A stretch of 64,000 nt of DNA from Octopus vulgaris (lineage: Eukaryota). The translations under genes and the position numbers were made by a program. The stretch lies in contig OX597817.1 in NCBI GenBank assembly GCA_951406725.2, positions 129,270,001-129,334,000 of the forward strand. The letters run 5' to 3'. Each line of letters opens with the position of its first letter. The first letter of the stretch is position 1. Below, one piece after another: positions 58,111 to 64,000 of the stretch. The notes beneath the pieces were generated by a model, which searched no databases, was not told where the DNA came from, and was given only the letters and a program-made list of their open reading frames with translations.

Positions 58111-58683
58111 CACAGAGCTCGAGGCGATCCAACGTAGCTACACGAAGAAGATAGCCTCTATGCAGAATGTAAGCTACTGGGAAAGACTCAGGAAATTAAA
58201 ATTATATTTCCTGGAGCGTAGGCGGGAAAGATATGCCATAATATACATCTGGAAGATCCTGGAGGGAAGTGTCCTGAACTTTGGCATCGAGAGTTACGCA
58301 AATGCCAGAACTGGGCGCCACTGCGTGGTGCCTAGGACTCCAAACTTGCCATCAAGATGTAGGACAAGATTCTGTGATAGCCTGGGCTTCCGAGGCCCAC
58401 AGCTCTTCAATATCCTCCCGAAGAACCTGAGAGACCTGCATGGGGTGGATACATATTTCTTTAAAATGAAGCTGGATCTCTTCCTGTCAGGTGACCCAGA
58501 TGAACCAACTTCACGGCAGGAGGGGCAGATGAGGGCAGCTGCATCGAACTCTCTCATGCACCAAATAGCAGCTGCTAGAAAGCCTTCATGAAGTGAAACC
58601 AAGTAGCAACACCAAATGGCGGTGCCCCAGCATGGCCACAGCTCATAAGCTGAAACTGGAAAAATCCAAAAAATCAAAAAATC
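58111..58683 (+). mobile_element. CR1/L2-group LINE 3' end (ORF2 C-terminus, short UTR, (AAAAATC)n tail)
   Basis: ELEAIQRSYTKKI..SYWERLRKLKLYFLERRRERY..WKI..G..LFNILP..FKMKLD; stop at 58591; TA-rich flanks. Confidence 0.85.
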
Positions 58684-58712
58684 ATATATACATACATAAA
58701 TATAGGTGTGAC

Positions 58713-58748
<36 letters not shown>

Positions 58749-58889
58749 CTTATTTACAAAATATATCCTTATATATGTACACAATATAAATACATTGAAA
58801 TAGATATATTCATACAGTTACATACACATACACGCACACATAAATATGTGTGTGTGCATGTGTGTGTGTGTGCTTGTGTGTGTGTATGT

Positions 58890-59110
58890 AGAGGACGATG
58901 GCTTAGTCGTTAATTTATTGTATCGTGAGATTGTGATTTCAATTCCTGAACCGGGAGATGAGTTGCGTTCTTGAGTAAAGCTCTTTATTTCTCGCTGCTT
59001 ACTCAGCGGGCAAAAATGAAGAAGAAAACCTCATGACAAACCGACGTCCCATCCATGATAGTGGTGGGATACATTCGCCACATTATCCGCGATTATGAGC
59101 TTATTGCTCG
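58890..59110 (+). mobile_element. Degenerate family C-like SINE
   Basis: gatggcttagtcgtt..ttcaattcc..gttcttgagtaaagctctttatttc. Confidence 0.55.
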
Positions 59111-59734
59111 GGAAGAACATTGCGTTATGCTCTTCATTTATATAATAAATACGTTATACATTATCATTATTAGGGCCGGTTTCAAACCTGGCCCGCTGTA
59201 ATAAAATCTACCCGCACAGACGTCCGGCATTGAAGGCCAGTGTCTGCAATAAAGCTGTCGATGTAATTGTGACAACGGTTTCATCGTAATACATAGGTAA
59301 TATATATATATATATATATATTATCTTATATTAAACTTTTAATACTTTTTGATAGTTATATTTAGTAAAACAAAAAAAAGTTAATAAATAAATAAATTAA
59401 TTAAATAATAATAAAATATATATATATATATATTTAAAAATTTATAAGTATAAATTATTAATTTAAATAATTTTTAAAATTTTACCTTTAAGTTAATATT
59501 TTAAATTTTGAATTTTATATTTTATATATTTTTTATCAATTAATTTTATTTCTATGTATTGGTTTATGATTTTTACTGTTTGATTTGCCTAATAGTGGTT
59601 TTATCTCTAATTTAATATAATATAATATATATATATATATTTGTTTTATTTATATTCCTGAGCGCCATACTAATACCATTGTTTGTTTGTACTTCACCTG
59701 CCTTCGTCTTTTGTTTATTTTCATAAAGCTTCTC

Positions 59735-59775
<41 letters not shown>

Positions 59776-59849
59776 TGTGTGTGGGCACGCGCGTATGTGT
59801 GTGTACACATGTGTATACATACATACATACACACATATATATATACATA

Positions 59850-60194
<345 letters not shown>

Positions 60195-60364
60195 AATATA
60201 TATTACATACTCACAAATTTTATAAATGCATACATATTTTATCATGTTACATTGTATTGCACATACGCGCTTGCACTCACACGTACACCCACACACATGC
60301 ACATACACGCGTGTGTGTGGGTGTGCGTGTGCGTGCGCGCGCGTTTGTGCAATACACACGTGTG

Positions 60365-60637
60365 TATGTGGTAAGAAGCTTGCTTCCCCATCACATCCCA
60401 TGGTTCAGGGTTCAGTCTCACTGCGTGACACCCGCAGTCTCGAGCCGACCAAAGTCATGTGAGTGGATTTGGTAGAGGGAAACTGAAAGAAGCCCATCGT
60501 ATATATATATTTATGTGTGTGTGTGTGTGTATGCATTTCTGTAACAAAGAATAAGTCCTGGAGTCGACTTGTTCGACTAAAGGCGGTGCTCCAGCATGGC
60601 CGCAGTCTAATGACTGAAACAGGTAAAAGAATAAAAT
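60365..60637 (+). mobile_element. SINE family A, deleted
   Basis: Head and tail motifs present. Confidence 0.8.
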
Positions 60638-60891
60638 AATATATATGTATCCACACACTAGATTTAGACATAAATGATGAAGACAACATGCTGCCACAAA
60701 TATGACACTAAATGTTTAATAAATAATCTAAGATATTTAAATATTTAATGCAACACTTTGTGTATAAGACATCACTGATCAACATGTTAGATATAAAAGA
60801 AATTTAAACTATGGATATTAAATCGGATAAACGCGTATGAAGAAATACATATAAACATACAGATGTTTGTGTGTGTGTGTGTGTGTGTACT

Positions 60892-60924
<33 letters not shown>

Positions 60925-61089
60925 GTGTGTGTGTGTGTGTGTGTGTACTTGTGTGTGTGTTTGTTGGCATATAGGCACAAGGCAATCGCAGCCGCAGTTC
61001 AGAGTGAAATAAGAGAATATGATAAAAGAAATACATATAATATATAAGTATGTATATGTTATGTGTATATTTTGTATTCATAACGTATA

Positions 61090-61133
<44 letters not shown>

Positions 61134-61168
61134 GTGTCTATATATACATACATAGACACATGCATACT

Positions 61169-61248
<80 letters not shown>

Positions 61249-61687
61249 TGTGGAAAAAGTCAAGATAGAAAATGCTAAAACAGAGCCAGTTGTTTAATTT
61301 AGATCCTTCAAAGAACAAGAAAAACCCCAGAAAGAACAAAAAAAAAAAAGAAACAAGTAAAGAAATGGTCTGTCTTCATCACTTTATCACTTTATTATCT
61401 CCGAATGCTTAATTTGTCCTTTCTTCTATATAATCTGAGCATAAAGATAGAATTTTTCTTTGTCTCTTCCTTTGTTTCTTTATTTCTATATTTTGATTCT
61501 AACTTTATTTTGTTTGTCACAATGGGTTTAGTTTTGCCTGTAAACTGATCAAAATAACAAACTGCTTTGTGTTATGCCGTCCACATTTTCTACACTCGGT
61601 GAAATTTTGTGTAATAATTATATGAAAAGTGTAACAATTATCATATATCCGATGTGTATATAACGCAGTTATATTTATATGTACTTT

Positions 61688-61864
61688 AGCTGTGGTAAGA
61701 AGCTTGCTTCCCGATCACATGGTTCTGGGTACAGTTCCACTGCGTAGCACCTTGGGCAAGTGTCTTGTACTATAGCGTCGGGCCGACCAAAGTCTTGTGA
61801 TTGGATTTGGTAGACGCAAACTGAAAGAATCCCGTTTATATATCAAGAAATGATGCAGTACGAC

Positions 61865-61913
<49 letters not shown>

Positions 61914-62146
61914 AAGGTATATATATATTGGTGTGTGTGCGTGTCTGAGTTTGTCCCTCGCCCCCATCGCTTGACAACCGATGCTTGTGTGTTTACGTTC
62001 CCGTAACTTGGCGGTTCAGCAAAAGAGTACGATGAATAAATACAAGGCTTACAAAGAATAAGTCGCGGTGTCGAGTTCTTCGACTAAAGACGGTGCTCCA
62101 GCATGTTCGCAGTCAGATGAGTGAAACAAATAAAAGAATAAAAGAA
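61688..62146 (+). mobile_element. SINE family A with internal (TA)n
   Basis: Family motifs. Confidence 0.85.
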
Positions 62147-62148
62147 TG

Positions 62149-62195
<47 letters not shown>

Positions 62196-62221
62196 ATGTA
62201 AGATGATATATACAAAATAAA

Positions 62222-62745
<524 letters not shown>

Positions 62746-62764
62746 TACACACACACAAATATCT

Positions 62765-63000
62765 ATTTTAAGTCTTTCACGTGTTTCAGTCATTAGACTG
62801 CAGCCTTACTGGGGCACCGCCTCGAAGAATTGGTAGTCGAATGAATAGACCCCAGTTCTTTTTCCTTTTTCTTTTAAGCGTGGTACTTATTCTATCGATC
62901 AATGCTGCCGAATGGTTAAGATACGGGATCGTACTCACACCAACACCAGTTGTCAAGCGGTGGTGTGTGACGAATACTGATGCAAAAATACCCAAAAATA
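62765..63000 (-). mobile_element. SINE family A, 3' half, old
   Basis: gtttcagtcattagactgc..gtacttattctatcg. Confidence 0.7.
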
Positions 63001-63429
63001 CGCACGAACACACACACACACACACATATATATAATTAAGGGTTTAGCAACAAGTTGCTTCACCACATAGCGAAAATTTAGAAATAGCAACCAAAGACTG
63101 CTAATTCTTTTAACTACAAATATGACTCCACAGACAACAATATTTGTAACTCACATTGCCTATTTGAGTTACAAACTGAATATGGAACCATGCTGATATA
63201 CATTTATATACATGCATGTGTAAATAGTTCTGTCTATGTATATCTATATGTATGTGTATGTATATGTTTGTGTACATTTATGTCTATGTGTATACATATA
63301 TACTTATGCGTGTCTACATATATATATATGTATATGTGTATATATGTATATGTGTATATATGTATATAGTATATATATGTATATATTGTATATATATATA
63401 TATATATATCTACACATACACATATAGTC

Positions 63430-63635
63430 AACTAAAAAGTAGAAAAAGAAAAAAAAAACAAACATGGGGACATAGCACAAGCAATATTAGTATGACACTC
63501 AGAGAAAGAAGAGAGTAGTCGTTTTACGTTTCGAGCATAGTTCTTCTTCGGAAACAGGATAAACAAGAAAGTTCAAAGGGAAAGAAGGAAGTAGGAAGCA
63601 AATCGCCCACAGTCCACGCGAAGTTACACTTGTGG
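63430..63635 (-). mobile_element. PLE-type 3' end with HHR-like motif (about 63520-63555)
   Basis: Minus: gttt CCGAAGA a gaac tat gctc GAAAC GTA aaac. Confidence 0.65.
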
Positions 63636-63702
63636 ATATGTATATGTGTATATATATATACAATATATACATATGTATATATATATATCTATATGATATG
63701 TA

Positions 63703-63739
<37 letters not shown>

Positions 63740-63860
63740 GTATGTATATATATATGTATATATGTATGTATGTATATATGTATATATATGCTTATATTAT
63801 ATATGCAGGTGTGTGTATTTGTGCGTATATACATACATGTCTGCATATATACATATATAT

Positions 63861-64000
63861 GGCGCAGGAATGGCTGTGTGGTAAGTAGCTTGTTTACCAA
63901 CCACATGGTTTCGGGTTCAGTCCCACTGCGTGGCACCTTGGGCAAGTGTCTTCTACTATAGCCTCGGGCCGGCAAAGCCTTGTGAGTGGATTTGGTAGAC
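63861..64000 (+). mobile_element. SINE family A, runs off the window
   Basis: Head ggcgcaggaatggctgtgtggtaag. Confidence 0.9.

Overview
Eukaryotic, AT-rich, microsatellite-saturated non-coding DNA. No host gene is recognisable, and nearly all ORFs in the track are translated simple repeats. The SINE families and repeat density suggest a cephalopod (octopus-like) genome, which is inference. The window is a dense transposon landscape: at least four tRNA-derived SINE families, Penelope-like elements (PLE; RT and GIY-YIG remnants), R4/Dong-type RLE LINE remnants in (TAA)n, a CR1/L2-group LINE 3' end, an L1/Tx1-like relic, Tc1/mariner relics and a 100-N gap. Main signals: (1) about eleven minimal type-I hammerhead-ribozyme (HHR) motifs in several families, with tiny, often palindromic stem III, including one intact-looking copy, a U3-A8 compensatory variant and one inside a tRNA-headed SINE-like element; (2) a SINE/LINE pair sharing a 3' hairpin with compensatory changes; (3) long fold-back palindromes in (TA)n; (4) a SINE that forms 183-bp multimers and re-inserts at the same site; (5) partitioning of elements among microsatellite types. 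All coordinates were read by eye and are approximate.
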